Source of the DNA: Octopus vulgaris
Lineage: Eukaryota
DNA: 64,000 nucleotides
NCBI GenBank assembly: GCA_951406725.2
Contig: OX597816.1
Span: forward strand, 107,136,001 to 107,200,000
Direction of reading: 5' to 3'
Below are positions 1 through 11,892 of the stretch, piece after piece. The stretch's first letter is position 1. The number at the start of each line of letters is the position of its first letter. The position numbers were made by a program, and so were the translations under genes. Under the pieces are notes generated by a model that saw only the letters and a program-made list of their open reading frames with translations, searched no databases and was not told where the DNA came from.

Positions 1-15
1 AGAAGCCTGTCGTAA

Positions 16-61
<46 letters not shown>

Positions 62-1470
62 ATATGTGTGCCTGTGTTTGTCCCCCCAACATCGCTTGAC
101 AATCGATGGTGGTGTGTTTACATCACCGTAACTTAGCGGTTTGGCAAACGAGACCGATAGAATAAGTACTAGTTTATTCAGATTCAGTTTTTCTTAGGCA
201 AGTGTCTCCTGTTATAGCTCTGAGCAGACAAAACTTTTATGAGTGGATTTGGTGGATGGAAACTAAAAGAAGCCCATTTTATGTACATATGTGTATGTGT
301 GTGTTTCTATCGTTTTATACTGACATCATGTGATAGTTGTGTCACAGCCACACAAGCAGAACCATTTGTTTCTAGACTTTTATGAAAACATGTATGGCCC
401 CTGGGGAAACACTACCTTCTTGGAAACAGATGAGAATTAGTGACAAGAAGGGTATCTGGCCATATAAATTCTGTTTGACCCATGCAAGCATGGAAAAGGG
501 GATATTAAAATGATGAAGATGGTGATGACCACCACTCCATGGAGGCCAATCATATTTATGTGGACCAATTGGAATGCTTTCAGCTTTGTCACGAGATTTG
601 AAGAACTCATCTGGTTCATTAATTTGTATGGGAAGTGAAAATACTGTTGAATAATTCATTCAATACTTCACTAACATTTTAAGCATCTGCTCTTGATGTA
701 AACAATGCCCAACATTCATAATGAATGAAAGCTGTTACTTTTGATAACTTAGAGAAAACTCAAGGAGTGCTTTTGTGATTTTTAAAAACCCAATTTTCCT
801 TTAGTGCACTTTCATAACTCATGAAGCATTTTATTTCATTTACACTTTCTGTAAGTGACATTCATAAATGCAGTTTTCATTATAAATTCACTCTTCATAT
901 CAGGGGAATAGCTTTCTTTGTAAATTTCAACTTATCCATTTTGAGATTTATAATACTATAGCAGACAGTGATCCCACACACAATATGTAATATATGCAAT
1001 ATTATTAAGAAATAACTGGAAAGGATGTAAAGGTATTTGTGTATATCTGTCCACCTGTCTGTCTGTCTGTCTGCCTGTTTGTCTATTATTGGTTTGTCTC
1101 TCTCTATCTGTAAATGTGTTCTACACTATTTTGTGTGTGTTAAAGCATCTTGTTTACTCGAAACGAAGTTGGAAAGCTGCTGTGATGATGATGTCTATTG
1201 AAGTAGATACAAATGCTTACAGCTGTTGTTTTGTCTTCTAACAATTAGACTGTTTTTATTTCCTTGATAATCTTCTTCAGATTATCTCCACGGAGTGATT
1301 ATTTTATGTTCTCCAAAAGTGGAGATAATTTCAATAAATGAAGAATTTATGTTGTATCGCATATAATATAACTTTACTAACAACCTTCAGTTATTTCTCT
1401 CACCTGTTTTCATCTTTATGTATGTATGTGTGCATGTGTGTATAATAATAATAATAATAATAATAATAAT

Positions 1471-1950
1471 TGGTATGACCACAAATCTGATGGCATCATT
1501 GAAAATAAAAATGCAAAGATCCTATGGAATTTTATGATTCAGTGCAACCATGAGATAGAAATAGGAAGCCAGACATAGTCTTAATTGAGAAAGAAATCAA
1601 ACTATGCTGGATCATAGATATAGCATGCCCAGCTGACAACAAGGTATGCAATAAGGAAGAAAGAAAAGTCGAGAGATATGACAAGTTAACTTGGGAAGTT
1701 AAGCAAATGTGGTCAATGAAAAAGGTAGCAGTAGTACCAATAATTGTTGGAGCCCTGGGAACAGTGAGCAAAAATCTCGAGAAGTACGTGGGCTGCAATA
1801 AGAGTGGAGCACTTGTAGAAAATAGCACTGCTTGGAACCACTCGAATACTCCGGAAGGTGCTCCAAAAATAAGTGGTATTACCTTAGTTCACTTGTAGTG
1901 AACAGCTGACACTGTAGTACATCACCAGTATTAGAAGGTTTGCAAAGGCA
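1471..1950 (+). mobile_element. 3' fragment of an R4/Dong-clade non-LTR retrotransposon (restriction-like endonuclease), inserted in (TAA)n
   Basis: Frameshifted translation gives WYDHK..IENKNAKILW, RKPDIV, IDIACP, K..RY and VVPIIVGALGTV, typical of RLE C-termini. (TAA)n lies on both sides, the known Dong target. Confidence 0.8.
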
Positions 1951-1953
1951 ATG

Positions 1954-1984
<31 letters not shown>

Positions 1985-2058
1985 TAATAATATAATAATA
2001 ATAATTATTATTATTATTATTATTATTAGCCTCATTATCATTATTATCATCCTCATCA

Positions 2059-2111
<53 letters not shown>

Positions 2112-2824
2112 GTTATTATTCAAAGCAGTTTGATTCAGATTCCATGCGACTTCAAGTTTCACCTGTCATCTCAGGCTCGATAAATATCCAATTGAATGGA
2201 GATGTACAGGAAGTCCAAAATATATACATATTTATACTGTTCTTATTATCATGATCAACATCATTGTTTTAACATCCTCTTTTTTATGATTGCATGGGTT
2301 AGACAATGTTTATTGAGGCAGATTTTTATAGTTGGTTGTCTTTCTTGTCACTAGCCCTCACCTATTTACAAGTAAGGAAGTCCCCTGCCCCCTGCCTTAA
2401 AGCCAGACATGTTTTTGCAGAATATTGGAAATGAATAATACTGCTTGTATGACAGTGATACTTACTTACAACAAACACATGTTCTCAATGCAAGTAGACA
2501 CACACGCACACATACACACACACACACAGATACACACACACAGATACACACACACACATATACATGTGTGTGTATTGTAAGAAGTTTACTTCCGAACCAC
2601 ATGGTTCTGGGTTCAGTTTCACAGCATGGCACCTTGGGCAAGTGTCTTCTACTATAGCCCGGGGCCAACCAAAGCCTTGTGAGCTGATTTGGTAGATGGA
2701 AAGAAACCTGTTGTATATATACACAGAATCATCATCACCAAATGATGGAGATCCACCACTACCGCTCTACATATACATACATATATATATATATATATAA
2801 TACACACACACACACACACACACA

Positions 2825-2863
<39 letters not shown>

Positions 2864-3043
2864 CACACACACACACACACACACACATGTGTGTGTATAT
2901 ATATATATATATTAACTTACTGTTAACAAAAGTCTGGACGAGTAGCATTGAATACAAAAAAATGTTCACATACAACAGACACAGAAGGACCCTAATTCTT
3001 CATCGATTATCAACCAAAATGTTAATGCTCAGTTTTATGCTTT

Positions 3044-5270
3044 TGAAGGTTACGGAGAGGGTCATAGACCTACTAATTAGAGAGAGAGTTAGTTTAGATG
3101 AGATGCAGTTTGGGTTCGTGCCAGGGAAAAGTACCACTGATGCTATATTCCTGGTAAGGCAGCTGCAGGAGAAATACCTAGCCAAAGATAAGTCCCTGTA
3201 CCTGGCTTTCGTTGACATGGAGAAAGCTTTTGATAGGGTCCCCCGATCCCTTATCTGGTGGTCAATGAAGAAACTAGGGATAGATGAATGGCTGGTGAGG
3301 ACTGTGCAAGCCATGTACAGAGATGCCGTAAGTAAGGTTAGGGTTGGCAACATGTACACAGAAGAATTCAAAGTAGAGGTTGGGGTCCACCAGGGTTCAG
3401 TACTCAGCCCCCTCCTATTTATCATAGTACTCCAGGCAATTACGGAGGAATTCAAGACAGGCTGTCCCTGGGAGCTCCTCTACGCTGACGACCTTGCTCT
3501 TATTGCTGAGTCACTATCAGAACTGGAGGAGAAGTTCCAGGTGTGGAAGGAGGGTTTAGAATCGAGGGGCCTTAGAGTCAACCTAGCTAAAACCAAAGTA
3601 CTAATAAGTAGGAAGGTAGACAATCCACAAATGTCTTCAGGAAGATGGCCCTGCTCGATCTGTAGAAAAGGTGTAGGTAGAAACTCTATAAGATGTACCC
3701 AGTGTAAGCTATGGACACATAAGAGGTGCAGCAATGTCAAAGGTAGGCTAACTGGGAAGATAGTTTTTGTATGTGGCAGATGCTCGGGAGCATTAACCTC
3801 CGAAAATCTGCAGAAAACAACTTCCGTCACTTTCCAGGGGGAAAAACTAGAAGTAGTTGATAGCTTCCGTTATCTAGGTGACCAAGTCAGTAGTGGGGGT
3901 GGGTGCGCTGAAAGTGTAACTGCTAGAATAAGAATAGCCTGGGCAAAGTTTAGGGAGCTCTTACCTCTGCTGGTGACTAAAGGCCTCTCGCTCAGAGTAA
4001 AAGGCAGACTGTATGATGCGTGTGTACGAACAGCCATGCTACATGGCAGCGAAACATGGGCCGTGACTGCTGAGGACATGCGTAAGCTCGTGAGGAATGA
4101 AGCCAGTATGCTCCGATGGATGTGTAATGTCAGTGTACACACTCGACAGAGCGTTAGCACCTTGAGAGAAATGTTGTACCTAAGAAGCATCAGTTGTGGT
4201 GTGCAAGAGAGACGATTGCGCTGGTATGGTCATGTGGCGAGAATGGATGAAGATAGGTGTGTGAGAAAGTGCCAATCCCTAGCAGTTGAGGGAACCCGTG
4301 GAAGAGGTAGACCCAGGAAAACCTGGGACGAGGTGGTGAAGCACGACCTTCGAACTTTAGGCCTCACTGAGGAAATGACCAGCGACCGAGACCTTTGGAA
4401 ATATTCTGTACGTGAGAAGACCAGGCAGGACAAGTGAGCCCAGCCCACTTATGAATGCCTTTCCTCCCTTGGACACAAAGACCTGTTGAGGCAAGCGAAG
4501 TCGATATAGAACCTCATCCGACGACAGACACCCATGCCAACCCCCCATGCTTGCGAAGACATGTTGGGGCAAGCGAAATCAAAATCGAAATCGAAACCGA
4601 ATTGAACCAGCCAGGATCCCTGGCCTGGTGGTACGTAAAAAGCACTATCCGACTCGTGGCCGTGGCACGTAAAATACTCCAATGCGACCGTACGACAGGC
4701 ACCCATGCCAACCCCCTTTGCTTGTGTAGACATGTTGGGGCAAGCGAAATCGAAATCGAATTGAACCAGCCAGGATCCCTGGTCTGGTGGTACGTAAAAA
4801 GCACTATCCGACTCGTGGCCGTGGCATGTAAAATATTCCAATGCGACCGTACGACAGGCACCCATGCCAACCCCTTTGCTTGTGAAGACATGTTGGGGCA
4901 AGCGAAATCGAAATCGAATTGAACCAGCCAGGATCCCTGGTCTGGTGGTACGTAAAAAGCACTATCCGACTCGTGGCCGATGCCAGCACTGCCTCGACTG
5001 GCTTCCGTGCCGGTGGCACATAAAATACACCAATCTGACCGTGGCCGTTGGCCAGCCTCGCCTGGCACCTGTGCCAGGTGGCATGTAAAAAGCACCCACT
5101 ACACTCACGGAGTGGTTGGCGTTAGGAAGGGCATCCAGCTGTAGAAACATTGCCAGATTAGACTGGAGCCTGGTGCAGCCTTCTGGCTTCCCAGAACCCC
5201 AGTCGAACCGTCCAACCCATGCTAGCATGGAGAACGGACGTTAAACGATGATGAGGATGATGATGATGAT
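3044..5270 (+). mobile_element. 5'-truncated RTE-clade LINE (copy A): RT with internal PHD-like finger, modular 3' UTR, (GAT)n tail
   Basis: Open frame to the stop at 4437 with QFGF, AFVDMEKAFD, GVHQGSVLSP, LLYADD, FRYLG, RRLRWYGHV and RGRGRPRKTW. Ends in gatgat repeats. The predicted ORF start at 2824 is microsatellite read-through. Confidence 0.95.
4521..4979 (+). repeat. Tandem repeat of ~159 bp x ~2.8 in the copy A 3' UTR
   Basis: Units start with acgacagRcacccatgcc at 4521, 4692 and 4851. They are near identical; the first has extra gaaatc hexamers. Confidence 0.95.
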
Positions 5271-5277
5271 ACATATA

Positions 5278-5490
5278 TACAGGGTATGGTGAATATATTG
5301 TTGTCTGAGTTATACAAAAATGAAAATAACACTAACATCTCATTTTAACAGATATAATTACCAAAATTGCATAAAAATAACTTGAAATACTAAAGAGTAA
5401 ATTTATTCAATAAAATTACCATTGGCTTCAACCATGGCCTCCATACAACTTCAGAATCTCCTGCAACTCTTCTGGACGGTCATCGTACAG
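5278..5490 (-). mobile_element. Probable Tc1/mariner terminal fragment
   Basis: Begins ta|cagggt. The minus strand resembles a transposase C-terminus (VQKSCRRF..MEAMVEANG). Confidence 0.4.
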
Positions 5491-5509
5491 TTTACTTTTC
5501 ACTATAAGC

Positions 5510-6130
5510 GAGAGGCCATTGTCGCCAGCAGAGGCAGGAGCTTTCTGAACTTTGCCCAGGCTATTCTTATTCTTTTCTACTCTAGGCACAAGGCATGAAA
5601 TTTTGGGGGAGGGGGCCAGTGGATTAGATCAACTCAAGTATGCAACTGGTACTTAATTTATTGACTCCGAAAGGATGAAAGGCATAGTTAACCTCAGTGG
5701 AATTTGAACTCAGAACATAAAGACAGATGAAATACCGCTAAGCATTTTGCTTGGCGTGCTAACGTTTCTGCCAGCTCACCGCCTTCCAGGTTACTCTTAT
5801 TCTAGCAGCTATGCCCTCTGAGGATCTACTCCCACCACAAACTTGGTCACCTAGGTAGTGGAAGCTATCAACTACTTCTAGTTTTTCCCCCTGGCATGTG
5901 ATGGAATATGTTTTCTGTAAATCTGTGCCTTATTGCCCCCTGTGCATCTGCCACATACAAAAACTATCTTCCCAATTAACCTTCCTTTGATATTAGTGCA
6001 CCTCTTATGTGTCCATAGCTTACTCTGGGTACATTTTACAGAGTTTCTACCTACGCCTCTTCTACAGATCGAGCAGGGTCATTTACCTGAAGGGCATTCT
6101 GATTTGTCTGCCTTCCTACTTACTAGGACT
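5510..6130 (-). mobile_element. Decayed third copy of the PHD-containing RTE LINE, interrupted by a SINE
   Basis: The minus strand matches the SGKWPCSICR..WTHKRC..VCGRC..LEVVDSF region. The SINE at ~5575-5785 is flanked by an imperfect duplication ccaggYtaYtcttattct. Confidence 0.85.
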
Positions 6131-6684
6131 TTAAATAATATAAATGTAAAATAAGTAAATAACAGAAGTAAAATATCCAATTATGAGATATATAAAAAAA
6201 ATCTAAATACATATACATTCATAGTCATTTACGTATAATTAAAAATAAAACCATACAAAACCTAAATTAATCAGTTAATGCCCAATTCTATATGTTTACT
6301 TGTATTTAATTAGAAATATAGTGAAAATAAAATTAAAATAAATTTTTGAATATTCTAATTTATTTACATTTATCCTAGCTGGTTTCACAACATCTTAATA
6401 ATGATGAATATTACCAAAATAATTGCATTCATAGTAACTCAATTTACGAGTTATATAAAGATAACTACATTAAGTAAACAAAGGTGGATAGTCTCAATTT
6501 AAATAACAGTTAACTTACAACTGTTACCAGTGAATGCATTATGTATTTTTAGTCACTTGATCTTTACTAAGCTACTCTCTGCTGTTTCTGCATACTGGGT
6601 TAATATAGAAAAATATTCTTGAAACCTTTTAATCCATTTGCACTTTCTTTTTATATCACATTGACTTACATTATGAATAGTTAT

Positions 6685-7088
6685 AGGCACAGGAGTGGCT
6701 GTGTGGTCAGTAGCTTGCTTACCAACCACATGGTTCCGGGTTCAGTCCCACTGCATGGCACCTTGGGCAAGTGTCTTCTGCTATAGCCTTGGGCTGACCA
6801 AAGCCTTGTGAGTGGATTTGGTAGACGGAAACTGAAAGAAGCCTGTCGTATATATGTATATGTATAGATATGTGTGTGGGTGTTTGTGTGTCTGTGCTTG
6901 TCTCCCCAACATCGCTTGACAACTGATGCTGGTGTGTTTATGTACCCATAACTTAGTGGTTCGGCAAAAGAGACCAATAGAATAAGTACTAGGCTTACAA
7001 AGAATAAGTCCTGGAGTTGATTTGCTTGACTAAAGGCGGTGCTCCAGCATGACTGCAGTGAAATGACTGAAAGAAGTAAAAGAGTAAA
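6685..7088 (+). mobile_element. tRNA-derived SINE, family 1 (representative copy)
   Basis: A box tggctgtgtgg, B box ggttcagtcc, internal TA/TG microsatellite, gtaaaaga tail. Related copies at ~1-170, 2575-2715, 7215-7498, 15872-16240, 28985-29550, 32625-33047(-), 50590-50770(-), 53865-54225, 55165-55583(-), 61199-61630 and 61815-62018. Confidence 0.9.
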
Positions 7089-7530
7089 TAGGTCATCATC
7101 TATTTAGACATGGGTTATGTATGTTAATATACATATTTATTTATTCATCTTGTTTGCCTGGTAGTATCACTAACACATTAGTACAGTGAAAAAAAGTTGG
7201 TATTTTGGATTTTGCTTTCCAACCTCATGGTTCCAGGTTCAGTCCTATTGTGTGAAACCTTGGATTATAAATATATGTATATATGTATCTTTCTATCTGT
7301 GTTTGTTCCCCACCACTGATTGACAACTGGTATTGGTTTGTTTACATCCCTGTAGCTTAGCAGTTTGGCAAAAGATATTGATTAAATAAGTAGCAGACTT
7401 AGAAAAAAGTACTGGGGTTGATTCATTTGACTAAAAGTTCTTCAAGGTGGTGCCCCAGCATGGCCACAGTCTAATGATTAAAACAAGTAAAAGATAAAAT
7501 ATATTCATCATCATCATCATCATGATTGAG

Positions 7531-7889
7531 TGTGGAGGTGCAATGGTCCAATGGTCGTAGGATCGTGGTTTTGATTCCCAGATTGGGCATTGTGAGTGTT
7601 TATTGAGTGAAAACACCTAAAGCTCCATGAGGCTCTGGTGGGGGGTGGTGGCAAATCCTGCTGTACTCTTTCACCACAACTTTCTCTCACTCTTTTTTCC
7701 TGTTTCTGTTGTACCTGTATTTCAAAGGGCCAGCCTTGTCACACTCTGTGTCATGCAGAATCTCCTTGAAAACTACATTAAGGGCACACGTGTCTGTGGA
7801 GTGCTCAACAACTTGTACATTAATTTCACGAACAGGCCGTTCCATTGATCGGATCAGCTGGAACCCTTGTCGCAACCGATGGAGTGCCA
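7531..7889 (+). mobile_element. tRNA-derived SINE, family 2 (representative copy)
   Basis: tRNA-like head and a shared body ending gtcgtaaccgatggagtgcca. Related copies at 37041-37394, 48048-48345, 50225-50552 and 17890-17955(-). Confidence 0.85.
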
Positions 7890-8889
7890 TCATTAAGTTC
7901 CACCATGGTCAACTTGGCCTTTCATCCTTTCGGGGTTGATAAATTAAGTACTAACGAAACAATGGAGTTGATGAAATCAACAAGTCCCCTCCCTTAAAAT
8001 TTCTGGCCTTGTGCCTTCAGTAAAAAGGGTTATCATTATTATTATTATTGTTGTTGTCCTTCTTCTTCTTATTATTATTATTATTGTTATTTTCAAATTG
8101 ATTTGCATTTTATTTCATCAACTGGAACCCTTATTGTTGTAAGTGACATAATGCCAATATCTCACAAGTAACATTTGCATACGATCTGGTAATATATATG
8201 AAATCTTGGCCACAGTTTTGTTGTTTAAACCTAGGTCAGCCCTGATTGTATTGATCTATGATCAAAGGTATTCCAACCTTGGTCATTTCCCCATTTTTCA
8301 AAGTGTGTTGTCCAATATTTCCTTCCTTACTATTAAGACACCAAGACTATGACTTGGGGAAGATTTTTATGCTATATCCAGCCTATCAAATGATAAAATT
8401 CAAGCTCTTTTGATCTTTTAAATGGTTAAGTGAATTGTGATGATATGATATGCCATAAAATATTCAGTTCAGAAATAAAGCAAAATGCCAACAGCATATT
8501 TGAAACAAAAGCCTATAAGGAGATAGTCCAATATGTTATCTACTCCAACATTTTGTTTCTACTTGACAGAACTGATCAGACGTAAAAGTAATATTATAAA
8601 ATCATGAATTAATAACTGTGTATTAAAGATATCTGTGACACATCTTTAATACTATGTTTTCTCCATCAAATTTCAATTAATGTTTCAATGATATGTCAGA
8701 AGTATACACTATATCTTTAATATCACCAACACACTCCAATCTTTAACAACAGACAAGATGTCTCCTTCCCCTTTAGTAGCAGTATAAAAGGCCAATAAGA
8801 CTGTGTGAAGAAATTGCAGATTGTGTCAATGGTATTAGATATTCTAAGGAATACATTATATTTTAGAAATATACTGTATTTATTAGAAT

Positions 8890-9290
8890 ACCCAGTATAT
8901 GACCAAAACTTTCCAGCCTCTTTGTCTCTTTCTAATGCCTTTTCTACTAATGTGTCCTCTTCTCCCAGAATGTCTGGTCTATGTCACCTCTGTCCGAGTT
9001 CAGCCAGCCCGTGTGTCTTCCCTCTTCCAGTTACCCATACAGCACACACTCTCACTTATTTTTCAGGCTCCTGCGCATTTTATGTGGAAGAAAGACAGGA
9101 TAAATATCTGGTTTCTTCCACTTCAAAAAATCACACCTTGCCTATGTTTTCCCTGTAGCTGTCAATGTGCAGCTGTTCTTGAGGAACATCAGCCATGTTT
9201 ATCTCATTGGTCTTGGAGGGCCTGCAAAAGCCACAGGTATAGACCTTCCCACAAAACAAACCATTACAAAAACATATAAAAAACAGACTT
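8890..9290 (+). mobile_element. Decayed 3' end of a CR1/Jockey/I-like LINE
   Basis: Fragmentary translation LCLF..., TLP..FP..VNVQLFLRNI resembles the WNxLP..FP..NL..FK C-terminus of these RTs. A-rich end. Confidence 0.45.
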
Positions 9291-9351
9291 CCACTACATT
9301 CAACAAGTAAATACACACTCTCACACACACACACACACACATACACACACA

Positions 9352-9806
9352 TGTGGCTGTTTGGTTAAAAAGCTTGCTTTCAAACCATGTGCTCTCAGGT
9401 TCAGTCCTACGGCATGGCATCTTGGGCAAGTGTCTTCTAATATAGTCTCCCAAAGTCTTGTGAGTGAATTTAGGAGAAGGAAACTGAAAGAAGCTCATTA
9501 CGTATGTATTCAAATACATGTGTGTATGTGTGTGTGTGTGTGCATGTGTGCCTGTGTGTTTGTGTGTACCTTTGCCTTGACATCATATTATGGTTGTAAA
9601 TGAGCATCCCCATCATACAAGCAATGTTGTTCATCTGCAGTCTTCCATGAAAAATGTGTCTCGCAATGAGGAAATATTACCTTGCTTGGAAACAGATGGT
9701 GATAGGAAAGGCATCTGAACATAAAAAAATCAACAAATTTCACCTGGCCCTTATAAACATGGAAAAGTAGACTTCAAAATGACAATGATGATGATGATGA
9801 TGATGA
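9352..9806 (+). mobile_element. SINE with family-1 head and RTE-like 3' tail
   Basis: Family-1 head, then gataggaaaggcatc...catggaaaagtagac...(gat)n, matching the 3' end of the RTE copies. A similar copy lies at ~180-530. Confidence 0.75.
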
Positions 9807-10244
9807 CTTTATATATAAACCTCATTATATTTAAACAGTATTTTATTATTCTTGAAAAATTTGGTTTTACTAATGAAGTGGAAACAGCTTTAATTTATGA
9901 CATGTTTCATTTGTTTGAATAAAATAATAAAATTGAATTGAATTTATCATTTAATCATCATCGTTTAACGTCCGTTTTCCGCGCTATAATGAATAAAATA
10001 ATTTAATTGTTCAATTTATTATTGAAATATGAGAGTAGAAAAACAGCCAACAACTGATAAAGGGTCATTCTTTGTGTTGTTTGTCTTGTTTTACATTTGT
10101 ATCTTTCGTTGTTCAAAAAAATAGTTCCTATTCTATGTACTCGTACTTTGTAATTTTTTGTTGTACACATTTTGTGATGTCCAGTGCCCATATATGCATG
10201 TATACACACATAAATGTAAGTATGTACATATACGTATGTATATA

Positions 10245-10291
<47 letters not shown>

Positions 10292-11892
10292 CCATCCCCT
10301 TTTAGTACCCTCCCGCCTCGTAATATCCTACGTTTTTATTTCTTACGAACCTACACCAACCCTTCCTGCCATCGTTCCTCCTTACCCCAACCTTCCCCAC
10401 TGGTTGCTCCCCTATATTACCCGCCTCAACTGGACCCCCCCTCCCCAACTCAACTCTAGAATATCTGTATTTCTTTCCTCTACCTAATTACGTTACTCAG
10501 TGACGATAACGAATGTCCACTGCTAACACCAGCTCCTGCCCACGGCGTGGTCAAGTTGGAAGAGAGATCAAAAGAAAAATACCACGAAAACTATCACCAC
10601 CACAACAACCCTCCTCTTCTCAGGCGCCGAATCCCCCCGTCCCCCCCACATCTCCTTCCCAGTTTTCAGAGTTGGCACTATCAATGTTGGTACATTGACA
10701 GGCAAGTCTAGTGAGATTGTAGAGATGCTAGAGAGAAGACAGGTTGATGTATGCTGCATACAAGAGGTAAGATGGAGAGATGCTTCGGCTAGGGTCCTCA
10801 CGGGCAAGGCACTTAGGTACAAACTCTACTGGCAAGGTAACGCGGAAGGTGTAGGGGGTGTAGGCATTCTCCTTGCGGAGGAATGGGTGGATAAGGTCAT
10901 AGAGGTTGTCAGGGTTTGTGATAGAGTGCTTAAGCTCAGGTTGGTCCTACAGAGTGGCACAGCTATGATTATCTCAGCCTATGCCCCACAAGCGGGACTA
11001 CCAAATGATCAGGACAGGACAACTTTTATGATACCCTTCTGCAGGCTACTTCAAAGACTAGTAACAAGGACCTCATCTTTGTAGGTGGAGATTTTAATGG
11101 GCATGTTGGGCGGGAATCGGGTATCTTCACTGGGGTACATGGTGGCTATGGTATTGGCACCAGAAATGATGAGGGAACTAGACTGCTGGAATTCTGTGAT
11201 GCATGTAACCTTTCAATCTGCAACACTAACTTCAAGAAGCCAGTCTGCCACCTTATAACTTATCAGTCAGGAGACTCCGCTAGCCAAATAGACTTCATCC
11301 TCACCAGACAACGGGATGCAGGGTTGCTCTTGAATACAAAGACCCTCCCGGGTGAAGAATGTATCCCTCAGCATAGACTAATCATCAGTGACTTTAAGCT
11401 TGAGGCCAGAAGGACTCCAAGAAACAAACCAATCCAGAAAAGAAGGATTTAGAGGCTAAAGAACCCTTCGCATGGTCAGAAATTTAGGGACATACTCATC
11501 AAGAAATTTGATGAGAGGGAGGAGGAGCTTCAGACGTCAGACATAGAAGGTAGCTGGGAATTCCTACGGGACAGCTTGTTGAGTGCCACAGACCAAGTCT
11601 GTGGATTGTGCAAAGTCCCTTCCAGACCTAGAATTACGTGGTGGTGGAATAGTGCAGTAGATAAAGCCATCTGTGAAAAGAGACGGGCCTGGAAAGCCTG
11701 GAAGGAATGGGGGCAGCAGGGAACTGTACCAGATAGCCAAAAGGGAGGCTGGGCGGCAGGTATACATTGCCAAAGATGTAGCAGAAAAGAAGAAGTTTGC
11801 CAATGTCCAGCGTCGCGAGGATCAAAGAGCTGAAGTATTTCGGATTGCCAGACAGTGTGTCAGAGAAAATAGCGATGTTATAGGAGAGAAAT

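Noticed and set aside
520-659. Protein-like minus ORF (INEPDEFFKSRDKAE...)
   Set aside because: No clear donor, runs into a SINE tail, and no recognisable family.
2824-3043. N-terminal 73 aa of the 537-aa ORF
   Set aside because: Microsatellite and unrelated flank read in frame by chance. RT similarity starts at ~3044.
4521-4979. CRISPR array
   Set aside because: Units repeat in full with no unique spacers. No cas genes, and the context is a eukaryotic LINE UTR.
4449-5228. Several 70-190 aa ORFs over the tandem repeat
   Set aside because: Products of GC-rich repeated UTR units; no protein-like motifs.
9159-9236. 78-nt exon with good splice sites
   Set aside because: The peptide matches a LINE RT C-terminus. 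This shows that exon-like signals arise by chance here.
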